Positions 37,701 to 50,717 of a DNA stretch of 64,000 nucleotides are shown here, piece by piece. Position 1 is the stretch's first letter, and every line of letters begins with the position of its first letter. The notes beneath the pieces were generated by a model. That model worked only from the letters and a program-made list of their open reading frames with translations, searched no databases and had not been told where the DNA came from. The translations under genes were made by a program, and so were the position numbers. This stretch comes from Diadema antillarum (Eukaryota), in assembly GCF_040938485.1 (NCBI RefSeq), contig NW_027271035.1:2480001-2544000 (forward strand), written 5' to 3'.

Positions 37701-39641
37701 TTACGAACATTTGAGCAGCGAAGTCGGATCGTTGGGGAGTTTATGTCTTCGTATGGTAGCGGAAAATCGCAAAGTGAGAAACGGGAAATTTTCGGAATGG
37801 TCACTATACCATGGGGTCAAAACTTCAAGGTCACACAGAATTTGCAAGGGTCAACCGATTATCACCAAAATCTAATCGATTCTTTCCTGTCATTATCCAA
37901 ACATTCCCTGAACATTTCGTGCAAATCCGTTTACCCGTTCTCTTGTTATCTTGTACACAAACAAACAAACAAACAAACAAACAAACAAACAAACAAACAA
38001 ACAAACAAACAAACATACGGAACCCTTTACATAACCCCCTGCCGATTTTCATCGGCGTGGGTAAAAATGAGCAACAGAGAATCGCTCAAGCTCACAGATT
38101 ATTTCATAGTACGTTAAGGACAATGGCAATGACAGATCGCTCTCCAGACCGACACAACATAATTTCTGAGCATTTCTTATTCAGTTTATAGCTATATGAC
38201 AATACCTAAAGATGGTATCTCACTGAGCGGCGAACGTTTGCGAACACAGCGAATTTGAGATTCGCCAACTTTTCTGACGAATGTTTGCGAAAAATCAAGG
38301 TTCGCTTCTGCCATTAGCGACAGTTAGCGACTTTTAGCGATATTTAGCGACAATTAGCAACACTTCAGCGAATGTTTGCGAAAGTGTTTGCGAAACACAG
38401 GTGGCGACTATTAGCGACTGTTAGCAAATGTTAGCAACAGTTTTGCAAATGTTAGCGACAGTTTTGCAAATATTAGCAACTGTTTGCAAATCCCTTGCGA
38501 CAATTTGCGAATGTTTTGGGACCTGGAAAAGTACCAGGCGATCATAGTGAGACCCTTAAAACGAACGTACAACCTTCCACTGCATTCAGATCTCCTCTGA
38601 CTACCGTTCAAGATGGATTTCCAGAATAATGGAAATGAATTTCTGCCAAGAAGAGGCTCAACGTGCTGCTATCCTTGAAGAGCTGCTTTGCCTGGCTGCT
38701 GCTACAGCCATCGTGCAGCTTAAGAGAAAGAAGATGAAGAAAAACAAGAAAGGAAGAAGAAAAGAAAAACAAGAAAGGAAGAAGAAAAGAAAGACTGTTT
38801 GGGTCAGAGAGTGGTTGTTGCAGAGGACAGACTTTGGTCAATATGAAAAGCTTTTGCAGAAATTACATGATGGAGATGTCAAGAGCTTCAAGAACTTTCT
38901 TGGAGTGGAACCTTGCCTGTTTCAGGAGCTTTTATATATATATAGGAACCATATGGTTACTTGTTCGCTAGCAGTGGCGAATCAAATAAAAATGTTAGCG
39001 ACACCGTATTACGACCGTTTGCGAATTCTTACGAGTGTTTTGCGAATGTTTGCAACTGTTAGCGAAAATACAAATTTGCAAAGAAATTTTGAACATGTTC
39101 AAAATTTCTTTGCGACAAGAAAAACTGCTTTGCGACAATAAAAACCGTTTGCGAACTTTCTTGCAACTGTTAACGAACCTTTTGCAACCCTTTACGAACC
39201 CTGGCGAAATCCCAAATTCGCTATTACGTTCGCAAACGTTCGCCGCTCAGTGAGATACCCCCTTTACCATTTCAGACCTCAGCTGGTAGACCTCAGCTGA
39301 AATCACCAACGCTTTGATAATTCAACTTGCAGCATTAGGAATTAAATATAACAGTGTAAAATAGTGTTCTATCTCGTTATCCCCCCCCATAAAAAGTATA
39401 CATATTGAATACCTTTTCCTGGAATTCAGCATATTGCGAACTCACATTTAATTTTATTTTGTGACAGATGATTTGCCTGTGACAGGGCGAATCGATAAAA
39501 TCGTTTGAATATTTTTCCCCTTTATCTGTGTGTTTTAAAATATTTGCAATGATGTTCACATCTGAATGTTTGGTTGCTTATATTTCAGTTCAATGTCTTC
39601 CAGAGTGAAAATGATACCATGAATTCTCTGCCTTGCAATGA

Positions 39642-39713
<72 letters not shown>

Positions 39714-40488
39714 TGTGTGAGATAATCCACTGAGAAGTTCATTTGTCACTTCTGTAAACGTGTAAACACTTGTCACTATGTCTATTTGCTGTTGTGTCCA
39801 CTCGTATAGTCCTACAACACTCTAAAATATTGAAGGGGGTCTCTTGAACGACCTATAGACTTGATTGATTCTATCAATATTCTTCATGAATTTTGAATGC
39901 TGCTGCTCGTTTCGTGGAAAGAACGCGCGGTGACGAATCGGTTTGATTGAATTTAGAATTCATTGTGTACAAATTGAAATGGCATAGTTCTTTCTCAGAA
40001 CTCGTGTTAAAGCTCAAACGGATTATGAATTGAGAAACAAAAGTCACCATAATGTTTCAGGACATGATGGTACGAAGCAATCCAATGTTTTTTGGACGAT
40101 ATATAGGATTATTAGAGCAGATAATTCTCCATAGAGAAAGTGGACGTTGTATGCTATCAGAAAGGTAAAATAACCACATTAAATTTCTTTATTTTCACCC
40201 CTTCTTTACTATTGTTTGGCAGGAGCGGGAAAACATATCCGTGGCAAAGCGAAATATAGATGATAGGCATCACAAATTAAGAGACATTATCAGAGGTAGT
40301 TGAGGTATATGACGTCACGATAGATCTGTAGTAATGGTTCAAACTATTGGAGAGAAAACGCGGTCTGATTAATATCGATTGCAATCATTTCCACCATATT
40401 AGCAACCCAGGCGATTTGGGTTGCTATCCGATTTCCTCTCCCGAAAGAAAGAAATGCAAGACACAAAAACACACACGCACACACACAT

Positions 40489-40536
<48 letters not shown>

Positions 40537-43500
40537 AAAATCCCTGTCCCTATTTTCCTCTCTTTGTCTTTTTCTACTTTAAATATATATACAATTTATT
40601 GTATAGATTTGTATTTTAATATGTAAACCAACAAGGAGTAAATTGTGTAATTTTGTCTGCATTTATCTTTTCAAAACACTATCAATTGTAATATAATATT
40701 TCAAAGGAGCCCTGATTCATAAGGAATACAATTCAACAAAATTTCCAAGTTGGCTTGAATAAAACGAGTAACCTCAGATGAACAAAATGATAAGGTTCAT
40801 CGAAATGAGACCTAAAGTAAATATTATGTTACAGAAGTGTGACGTTTCGTATATTATGTCTCTATCGAATATAATAGTAATATTCGTTGCAAGCACGCAC
40901 ACGAACTTGAATAGGCGATGCTGTAATTTCCTCACAGCTCTCCCATTGTGCATTAAAAAAATATTACAAAATAATGCCCTGGTCAATAGCGTGGAAACTT
41001 CCACTCTTTTGAGTCTAAGTTCATCGTTTCAAGAATATTACAAGATCGTTTTACCTCAATGCGAAGAAACGTATTTTGTTCCATTTCATGTCAACAAAGA
41101 GGGTATTTATTGCAGATTTATGTACGATTTGATGGGAGACTATTGAAGCAATGACACTATCACAAACACAGAACAACAATAACATCAACAATATCGTACT
41201 TATATAGCGCTCTTACAACGAGTGAGGATGTATCACAGCACTTACAAAAGAATATCAAACTTACATCATGTACATTAAGGTGTATAAGGGGAAAGCAACA
41301 AATGGAAAATAATTATGAAATATACATAATTAATCAATCAATTTCACTGTTGAAAAGGAAAGTCTTAAAGGATTTTTGAAAAACTGCTAGAGATGGTGAT
41401 TCCGAATACTCTGGAGGATCTGATTTCATATTAGGCGTGGGGAAGGATTTTGTCTCCTGTCCGAGTAAGAGTCCTGGGTTATATAACAAGGTTGTTTCAT
41501 GAAAACATGTACAAGTTGTGAACTTGCGTAACTTTAGCTTTGAAGAAACGAGAACATGTAAAGTTGTAAATTTGCATAACTTTGAAGAAACAATTACTGT
41601 CATTCTTGAACACTAAGTGGAAATGCACAGTAAACACAAAAGGGCGAACGACACCCCTGCCTCGCATAAAATGGAGGCACGTGGAGAAATGGACGCGTTG
41701 ATCGTATAATATAAACTAGCAGTAGAATCAAGATTGATGATGGAACGTTCACTGATCACCACCTCCGAGGCGAGTAGGTTGGCAAAGAAGCGATTAGATT
41801 TCTGTCGGCAGCCGGAATATCCGGGTTTGAGAATATAGTATATTGATATACTCCATACCTAGGAAGCATATGCCCCGGTATTGCCGCATAATAAACGCTT
41901 TATGGTTGTGATGTCAAGGGAGAGTGTCCCGAGTTATATTTCTTATTGCGTCTGCTCTTATAAATGTACCTCCTCGCAGAACATGATATTGTTGTGTTCA
42001 AATTGCCGAATTTGACCTTGTAAGTATGTGTATTCAAATTATTATTCTTTTTTAAGGAAAATGGTTCACCTTATGCAAATAATTGATATCCTGTATGATT
42101 ATAAAACATGTTCGTGTAACAATATCTCTGATTGTCAATATGATCAAAATTCTTCTTTCCTTTTATCATCTGTTCGGTGCTTCTTTCTGTGTTAAGTATC
42201 TGTAATCAAGTATGATATATCTCACAGAATAAATTCCTTGAGTGGTTCACAATATACAAGAGTGCTTTTTAGTGGACCTCTCAGTTCTTCCCCCCTCTAA
42301 ACATAACTTCGTACTTTGCCGGTATGCATGCATTATATCTATTTGTTAACTATCATTTATTTTTCAGACGGCCGAATGTATGCAAATAATACAATTCCTG
42401 ATTTATTCTATGTAATTTTAATGTTTTGTTGGAAAAAAGGAACGAAAAATTAAATGAGTTGAATTGAATTCTGCGTGTCGCATCCGGTATCCAGGTTTTA
42501 AAAATCATGACTACATGTATTCGTAGGTAGTTTGTCAATACATAGACATGTGAAGAAATTGCATATAGTTGCAAACATTGGGCAAACTTGTCTATTACAT
42601 TTAGATCAACCATATACAACTTCGCCTCTTAACTTCGCAGTGCCTAACGTGTAAAAGGTGTCAACAAAGACTGAATAATGCTACAAAAATTAAATGCCCG
42701 ACTTCAAACACAAATAACGAAAAGAACACTCAAAGAGAAGTTTGATCTGGAGCTCGAATAGTCATTTATATATTCATATTTATAACGGCTTTATTATTGT
42801 TTAAACCAAGATACAGGTTTAGTCACGGCTATTCTCTCCCATTTTACTTACGAATCTTGAGTGTAAAAAGTATACGTGCTGCTACTGAGCACAGTCCATA
42901 TACGAATCAAACTAGTCCAGTAGACGGTCCCATGCATAGACCATTAATAGTACACGACCCGGAAAATGTGTTACATATAATTTTTGTTGTTGTTGTTGTT
43001 GTCGTTGTTTTTGTAGTTGTTGATGATGATGATTCGTATGCCAGAAGGGTTTTGAAGTACATTTAGCTCTGTTGCCATCTTGGCAACCTTGGCCAACTTT
43101 TTATTAGCCAAATTAGCAAAACCATATAGCATGTGTATTATAATATGTAATATACCGCTGGTTTTAGTTAAGAAAGCCAGAAAATACGGACATAAGACGA
43201 CTTTTCAAAGGGTTTCTATCACTAGGAACCAATTTGAAATAACAATTTCTATATTGAACTATATTTTAAGAGTTGTTGGTGTTTTAGATAGCATAATTAG
43301 CATAATTACTTAATTTGCATAGGTACAATAGTCTTGCAGATGATAGTATATACCATGTACATGACGTGGAAAAGTTGTTTAGTAAAAAGGTGTTTGTTTT
43401 TGGGTTTTTTTTTATTCGTGTTGTAGATGGGTTTGAAGTACATTAACGTTATTTACCTCCTTGACAGCCTTGGGCACTTATCTTTATTAGTCTAATCAGC

Positions 43501-46500
43501 ACATCCAGCTAATAAGCAAAATATGTAATATGCTGTTACTTTCAATGCAGGTAACCTGAAAACACGGATGGGCCTAGTACAACTTTTTTAGGGTTTTCCA
43601 TGTCAAAGGAAAATCCTTGATAAGTTTTATCGTCTATGTATTCAGTCTATCCAGGTAGGCTAATAAAATAGTTGATCAAGTTTGCCAAGCAGGCAGCCCA
43701 TTTAAACTTAATTGATATCCGTATATAGAACACAAACCACAAAAGAAAACCTTGTAGGGCCTATTTAACTTTTCCGGTCCGACAAATTTCTACTCCACTA
43801 AATGAGTTTATGTCATTGTGCGGCAAGTGACCTCTAGGAACAAAACAAACCAAAAGATAATAATTATTGTGTTTTTTCCAGCTCTTTTCAGCACGCCCCT
43901 GCTAAAGCGGTTTTCCATGAGACAGCTCGCCATGGCTGGAGGCCTGATTGGCTCCGTGGGCCTCATGTTTTCCTCTCTGGCGGAGAATGGCTCCCAGTTC
44001 GCGGCGGCCATTTTGATTTACGGTGAGTAGCCCTGTACCGCCACCAACCCGTTTCATAGGTTACTACAAAACTCACGTTAGCAAATCCATACAGGTTAAA
44101 AACACAGAAACACTCTCAAACACACGCACACACGTCATGAGGAAGGGAATTTGCATCAAACCTTGATAGCGTTCATATACAACAGTCAGTTGTTTCCGTT
44201 GATTGCTTTCTCATTATGATTTCGTATGAAGTAATAAACCCCATCACTATCGCGGTTAACGTTGTCATGTACATGTAATATAGCAATGGAATATTTAGAA
44301 TATTATCCCGACATGGTTAAACGAATTCAAATCATTTAGTTATAACGATAAAATGGTTGTTCCCTTTCTCTCCTCAACCCCTTGCAATCGGCAGATATTA
44401 CGACTGTCATTAATCACACCGGATGATTGTATCCAAAGTAACCATTACAATATATCCTGGTGAGTGCGCACATATTTCTTGTGACATACTCCCCAACATT
44501 CCTGCTAGAATTACTTACGACATACACCATGTTCTGAACATTAGGAACCCTCCAGTGCCGTACGGAGGTTCAGGATTGATGGATGGCTCAAAATAGTCCT
44601 CCGTCTGAGCCTTTGTGGTACTCTTGCCACCAATATAACCTTGCTTTTGGCTATACGTATTGACATTGCAATATCACGGAATGATAGACTACCTTGGCAA
44701 TAAAGGCTGGCAGGGCTTCTCCATATTATTATTGTTTTGGAGAAGAAGACGTTGCACAAGGAGCTGTTATTTCCTACAGCATTCCGAAGATGCCTTCATT
44801 GCTCGATCTAAGTGGTTTTCTATTCCGACGATTCTTTGAATTTCTTTGAATGACCATTAGGCAATGTTAGGAGGCTGAGTACGGGGACATGTTTTATTGA
44901 GAAGCTTATAAGAAATGTCATATCTAAAGATTGTTTGTGTTTTTTGTTTGTTCGTTCGTTTGTTTGTTTGTTTGCTCGTTTACTTGTTCGGTGGTCCAAT
45001 TTCTTTGTTCATAAAAGATATAATTATGTCATTGTATGTAAGGGGATTTCACAATGTCTCTTTTGAGGCGGTTGTAGAAACGGGTACCATGCAACGGCGA
45101 AATGATATGTCTAAACTTATTGGATTGTATCATTAATCTTAAATACAATTAATGACAAGCAATTTTAACCGCCTCATCACATTGTTTACAGTCGATTACG
45201 ATACTTTTTTGATGAAGTATCTATCTATCTGATAAATTTTCAAATGCGAGTGGAATTTGACCAATCCATGATGATTGGGTGACAGTCATCTTGACATCTT
45301 TAAAGGGGCATTCCGGACGATTTTCATAATTTCACATCATGTAGTACATAAATTAACAGCTCCATGTATAGATTCGTGGAATTTATTGCGGTCCTTGAGC
45401 AGAGAAACTAATAAATTGAAAATCTTGAACAAATTACACTGAACAGTGTTGATGACACCAGAGCCTCATTTATTTCAGAAATGTAGCAGTGTAATTCCAT
45501 TACAATACCGCTTGCTCAACAAGTTCACCTGTGAAAAATCTATGCATGCTTTCTTCTTTTGTTCTGCTTCCTTGAGCCCCAACTCATACATTCTTATGGT
45601 GAGGCTGCCATGTCATTATCCTTGTTCATTGCAATTTGTTATAGATTTTGAAAACATTCTCATTCCTCATCCCAATCACTATAAATTCTGAAACTCTGTA
45701 CTCAGTTTAACTAATTTATAGTTGTTCAAATGTAAAAATCTGAAAATCATCCGGAGGTCCCCTTTAAGATACAGGAACACGTGATCTTTTGACAAATTGT
45801 GGACAATCTTCTTGCAATCATACCTGAGGGCACATCATCATTTATTTTGTTTTCTTCTATCAAAGTCGTCTGATGTGAAATTCAGAGAGAATATTGGGTT
45901 TCATTTGAGAAGGTAAATGAGCTAGTGGTCGTTATCTGCACGGCCCTAGTTGAGTGAGACAATACATTTCTGAAAGACAAATAATGTTTATCTTCTGGTT
46001 TGTCTTATAATGCTTGGTTGCCGTCATAGTCATTCATCTATAAGGGCAATATAATCTCACTCCATGTTCAACTTGACCTCAATCAATAGAGTGAAATCAA
46101 TTCTCAGAATAGTAGGCGTTTCGTGAAAAGGTGTCAATATTGAACGCAGCCGCAATCGCAGATTAGATGAAGTGATGATGTAGTCACATCACCATTCATC
46201 CATCGCTTTTTTCATTAAAAAACAAAAACAAAACAAAACAGGTATTACAAAAATCATGTGTTTGGTCGATGTTTCAGCAGCTACTAGATTCTTCTTATGA
46301 ATGTCTGAATCACATGAGCTTGATTTGGGTTCATGGGTTCGAGGCCCACGAAGCCTGACACTTTGTCCACATTGCTGCTCTCCACCCACGAGTATAAATG
46401 AGTACCTAGTAGGATGAAGCTCCCCAGGGAGTACAGAGTGAGCAATGTCAGTGCTAGTTGGAATAGGCCTATCCAGTGACCGGGGTGATTATTATACAAA

Positions 46501-49500
46501 TGATGCACAGGATAGAGTGCGTTAGTGGAGGCGTATAGCGCACTCGAGGGTATTTACAATTGTGAAACATGCACGAGGCGAAGCCGAGTGCATGTTTCAC
46601 TACATTGTAAATACCCGAGAATGAGCTATACGCCTCCACTAACGCCACGAAATAATCCTGTGCATCATTTGTTTTATAAAATGGGTCGAAAATTCGAAAA
46701 CTAACAGCATTTTCAGCGTTTTTCACGTACCTTTGTGGGTCAAGACGTCCGAAGATGTTCGTCCCAAACATTTACGCACGTCGCACTCGGAAATCCCGCA
46801 CATATAAGTATGATGGGGGAGGGGGGGGGGGGTGGGTTTCCGGACACTTAAGTTCCCGCATGAAAACTTACTTATTTTACGTAGAATATGCACCCTTTAC
46901 CTTAAATACTTGATATAGACTCCTCATATAGGCCTACTAGACAACATACTTTGAAAACGGCGTGAGAATTAACCTGCTAAATCGTTGGATTTGCCCTTCA
47001 AAGTGACTCCATGTACGCGTCCGGTCCCACAACGCTTGGTCTACTGTACTGTACGTAAGAGTATACGTACGCCACACATATTATGCATGTATGCACAAGG
47101 GAAGAAAGGCCGGCCGGCCGGCAGCCCGAACTAGAAGATGTTTACAGGATTGACAGCGCGTATGTATGCAATTCAAAGGAGCCGCCGCGCGCACAGACGA
47201 TCGGCAATAGGATTTAACACGCAGTGCAATGGGACTAGAATAACCAAAGCACACGTGACTCATTTCAGCGCTTCCTATTGGCTACATTCTTGAACCCATT
47301 TTATAATATATAGTACGCATGGTCATGATGGTATATATGCGCCTACAGGCACTCAAGTATTATTATCATTATCAACATGATTTTTATCATTAATTATTAA
47401 TCTTATTATCATCATCGTCATAATTGTTATTATTGTCTTCATCATCATCATCATCATCATTCTTACCTTTCGTGTAGTCACAGCTCGGTAATTATGGCAC
47501 AGCAATAGTGTGATGCAGAAAGTAGAGGGTTTTTCTTCTAAGTTTCAATGCGAACAAAGAAAACTTAGTGAAAATCTGTGTGTTCATTCAAGTCGGTAGG
47601 AGACTTGGAAGACGAAGACACGTTTGAACGAATCTCATTTCTCCTTGTCGTCCACAGGGGTCGGCTACAGCGCTCTTGTGATTCTGGCGAACGCATGTCC
47701 TGCAGACTACTTCCCTGATTCCTTCCAAGTAGCCTCCAGCGTCCTCATTGCAGGAGGTGGCATAGGTAACATGATCCTACCGGTCGTCACCCAGTTAATC
47801 ACTGACGCTTATGGCTGGAAGTCGGCTCTCTTGATGCTAGGGGCTCTGAATCTCCACTCCGTCGTGTACGGCGCCCTCATCAAGCCCTCGAAACCTCAAG
47901 GGCGAGTCGCTGGTAACAATCCCGAACACGCTTACAAGCCGGTGTTCCTCGAGGAAGCCAAGTGGAACGAGTCTTCTTTCGTGAGCGCGAACATAACATA
48001 CTCCAGTACGATAGCAACCTCTCTGGAGGTCGAGGACTGCCTGTGTGACGAGGACAAAGAACAAACGCCCTCGATGGAAGCAAACGTATCTGCTTCGTCT
48101 TTGGAGTCGTCAGTGAATGAAGCCGATTGTACTTACTCGTCGAACTCGAAAGGGGATCGCGTAAACTTCACCATTGCTCCTGTTTCACCGAGAGATGACG
48201 AAAGTGAAGAGAGCTGTGCATCTGAAAGTCAAAGCTCACCAAAACGCGAAGACATGGCCTCAAGAGTTATATTCTTGGCGATGGATAGTTCAGAGCGAGG
48301 TAGGCCAATAATGTCTAAGTCGTCACTTGTAGAATTATCTACGCAAAATTCGACGGGGCATTCCCCTCGCACGAGGACGGTCGTATTACAATACGAAGGT
48401 CAGTGCAAACGACAATCGCAGACGTGTTGTTCACCGGTAGCAAGACGCGGCTTTACAACCTTCCTCAAGTCATTCGACTTTTATCTCTACAGAGATTTCC
48501 CTCTCGTATTCACCGTGCTCTCTATCAACGTCGTGCTCTATGCCGTCACCTACATCGCCTGGGTTGTTTTCCTCATCCCCAATGCCGAGGCCAAGGGCAT
48601 CCCGTCGGATGAGGCTGTCTTCTTGGCGACGATCGGTGGCGTTGCCGACATCGCCGGCCGATTCGTCGCCGGATTCATTGCGGAGAAGGTCTGGATGGAT
48701 AACGATGCTTTCTACGTCGTGATGAGCGTCGTGGCGGGAGTGGCATTCCTCATCAACTACCTCGCCTCGTCGTTCTGGTTCCTGGGAATCCTTGCTGCCC
48801 TCAACGGCTTCACTCTCGGAGTGAAGACGACCCTGATCAACATCCTAGTGAAAATCAAGATTCCCGACGACCGCTTCAAGGCGGCCCTGTCCATCATTTT
48901 CTTCGTCAGTGGTGTCGGTGCTCCTGTCAGTGGAATCGTTATGGGTGAGAAAGCAATTAATTGTTTGTCTAGACTTCAATTTACTCATCAGGTGCTGGGG
49001 GAATTTTGGTACAAAACTATCATCTTGCCATCTTTTAATCGGCACATTTGAATTTCACTGCAGATCTCTTAGACAAAGATTAACCTACTAAGATCAAATG
49101 ATTAAATTCATATAATCTACACAAAATCAGAAATAAAAAAAAATGTTCCAATTTGAGAGAGAAACAGAAACATTAGTCCTCTTCAAGAATCTTGCTAACT
49201 TAAGAGACAGTTATAGATATAGCTTTTAAAAGTTTCTCTTAAAAATTCTGCAACTGACAAGAACAACCACTATCAAATTATAAAAGGTTTCATTGAATGA
49301 GGGTTCTTTCTAAACTTTATGAGCCACTAACTAGTGAAAACTTCAAATCATAGTAAAAAGAGACAACGCCAAACCACGGAAAAACGATTTCTGTGATATG
49401 ATCGGTTACATGCAAAGAAGAAAGAAACAGAATGTTTTGCATTTTTAAATAAATTAATGTATGGAAGTGTTATTGAAGACAAATAAAGAATTTTGGCAAA

Positions 49501-50717
49501 ACTTGATGAGAAATATGTGAAATTCAAATGGTTTTGTGATACTACAAAAGCATTTTTCTAATTTGAGACGTACCTGGGTCTTACTGATGAATGTATGGAA
49601 AGATCCAAGTTTAAATAGTTGATTCAGGCTTTTTAAAAAACATTTTCTACTATTTTGACATTAACTTTTATATTCAACTGAAAACAGTTAGACCACTTTA
49701 TCTGAAATCAACCTATCAACTACTGCTCTATTTCTGTTTAGCTTCATCTTTGTGATTGATTTTTAAAATGACATTTCCTATCAATTTGTCGACGGTATGG
49801 AGTGCGTCCGACAAAAGGTCATAGTTTGATTGCCTAATTACGTTCGGCTCTGACTTATTGTGCATGCAGTGAAAGCAGGATTTTTTTTCTGTCAAACATT
49901 GGAAAAATAATCTGGAGTAATGGAGACCCAGACGTTTGATGGGTTGCTCTCTCCTTCTACTTTTTCTTCGAATTGCCTCCTTTCTCCATCCTTTCCTCGT
50001 CAGCTGTTTGGTCTTTCTTTTGTCTGCACAGACAGCTTGATGTAGTCTACGATAAGCAATTAAAACAATTTGGAGCGGATGGAATAAACGATCGACAGGT
50101 GGATTTCAAAATCAATTGACGGGCACATTTGACTTCCATGAGCATTCCTAGCCTTCCTATGTGAACATGTTGTACACACGTCAAGTATTTTTAATTAAAG
50201 GTTAATATCTATACCATGTCTAGTGCTTGTAGTTGAGTTGCGGCATAATCACAGATCTAGTAATTGTACGCCGAGGACAAAAGCCAGTCTGTTTCCAAAC
50301 TTGGCTTTATTCCTGATATAAAACAACGTCCTCAATGTCATAAAAAAGGATGCATGTACCATTATATAAAAGCGGTAAGGTACTAGTATCATAATAGATT
50401 TTGGGCTTCATTAATTTCCTTGCACGAACAAAGAAACATACAAGAGAAACATACAAAGATACAACAATTGGGCAATGAGAGTGTGGTATGCGAAGGAAGA
50501 GTATGATGAAACGGATGGAAATGCTTTGTCACACCAAGGTACGCAATGTATCATTCTTCCCTCTCCTTCAGGCGCCATTTTCGACGTGACGGGGTCGTAC
50601 AACATCTCATTCTGCATCGCTGGGGTGGTGGATTTCGCAGCTGCGGCCGTGATTCTTCTACCCCACGTGAGGTGCTGCCGCAGGGAAACCTTTGGACACC
50701 GCACTTTGCCCGACTGA
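34585..50717 (+). CDS. SLC16 / monocarboxylate transporter family member, 4 coding exons, 585 aa
   Basis: Exons 34585-34768, 43882-44022, 47658-48944, 50572-50717; all introns phase 1 GT-AG; 1758 nt. 12-TM MFS pattern: TM1 FLEAGTAKSFGVLL, TM2-3 RFSMRQLAMAGGLIGSVG, AYGWKSALLMLGAL, a long Ser/Glu-rich central loop, TM8 GVADIAGRF, and GAIFDVTGSY. Orthologue not assignable. Confidence 0.92.
36468..38064 (+). mobile_element. Helentron/HINE-like non-autonomous rolling-circle element
   Basis: Subterminal inverted repeats ACCCACGCC (36497-36505) and GGCGTGGGT (38054-38062); 3' hairpin GCCGAT-TTTC-ATCGGC (38041-38056); (ACAA)n at 37957-38015; internal tandem repeat; A-rich flanks. Confidence 0.7.
36916..37607. 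repeat. 346-bp tandem repeat, 2 near-identical copies
   Basis: Units start at 36916 and 37262; the ORF track shows the same peptide twice. Confidence 0.95.
38210..39263 (+). mobile_element. PIF/Harbinger internal-deletion derivative with transposase N-terminal remnant
   Basis: About 36-bp TIR containing a perfect 32-bp core (GGTATCTCACTGAGCGGCGAACGTTTGCGAAC); flanks TAA/TTA; dense subterminal TTAGCGA/TTTGCGA repeats. 38629-38935 encodes KRKTVWVREWLLQRTDFGQYEKLLQKL..SFKNFLGVEPCLFQELL, typical of Harbinger transposase N-termini. Confidence 0.88.
39644..39719. repeat. (GT)n microsatellite
   Basis: Direct reading. Confidence 0.95.
40469..40536. repeat. (CA)n microsatellite
   Basis: Direct reading. 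Confidence 0.95.
43882..44022 (+). CDS. SLC16/MCT exon 2
   Basis: LFSTPLLKRFSMRQLAMAGGLIGSVGLMFSSLA..ILIY; acceptor ttttttccag, donor gtgagt. Confidence 0.9.
45304..45763. mobile_element. Kolobok-type MITE
   Basis: TTAA|AGGGGCATTCCGGACGATTTTCA ... TGAAAATCATCCGGAGGTCCCCT|TTAA; TTAA TSD with purine-purine termini. Confidence 0.8.
46300..46480 (+). mobile_element. Degenerate tRNA-derived SINE fragment
   Basis: B-box-like GGGTTCGAGGCCC followed by CCACATTGCTGCTCTCCACCCACGAGTATAAATGAGTACC, a core typical of invertebrate tRNA SINEs; A-box decayed. Confidence 0.5.
46492..47306. mobile_element. Unclassified non-autonomous element with a ~190-bp terminal palindrome
   Basis: Palindrome 46492-46679 centred on GGCGAAGCC; inverted repeat TTATAAAATGGGT (46674-46686) / ACCCATTTTATAA (47294-47306). 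Confidence 0.6.
47658..48944 (+). CDS. SLC16/MCT exon 3
   Basis: 1287-nt exon covering TM4-TM11 and the central loop; acceptor tccacag, donor gtgaga. Confidence 0.93.
50572..50717 (+). CDS. SLC16/MCT exon 4 (terminal)
   Basis: GAIFDVTGSYNISFCIAGVVDFAAAAVILLP...LPD*; acceptor ctctccttcag. Confidence 0.92.

Noticed and set aside
40344-40619. His-Thr / Val-Cys / Tyr-Ile repeat ORFs here and elsewhere
   Set aside because: Translations of (CA)n, (GT)n and (TA)n microsatellites.
47624-49051. 475-aa ORF as a stand-alone intronless transporter
   Set aside because: It is MCT exon 3 plus intronic read-through; it lacks TM1-3 and TM12, which exons 1, 2 and 4 supply.
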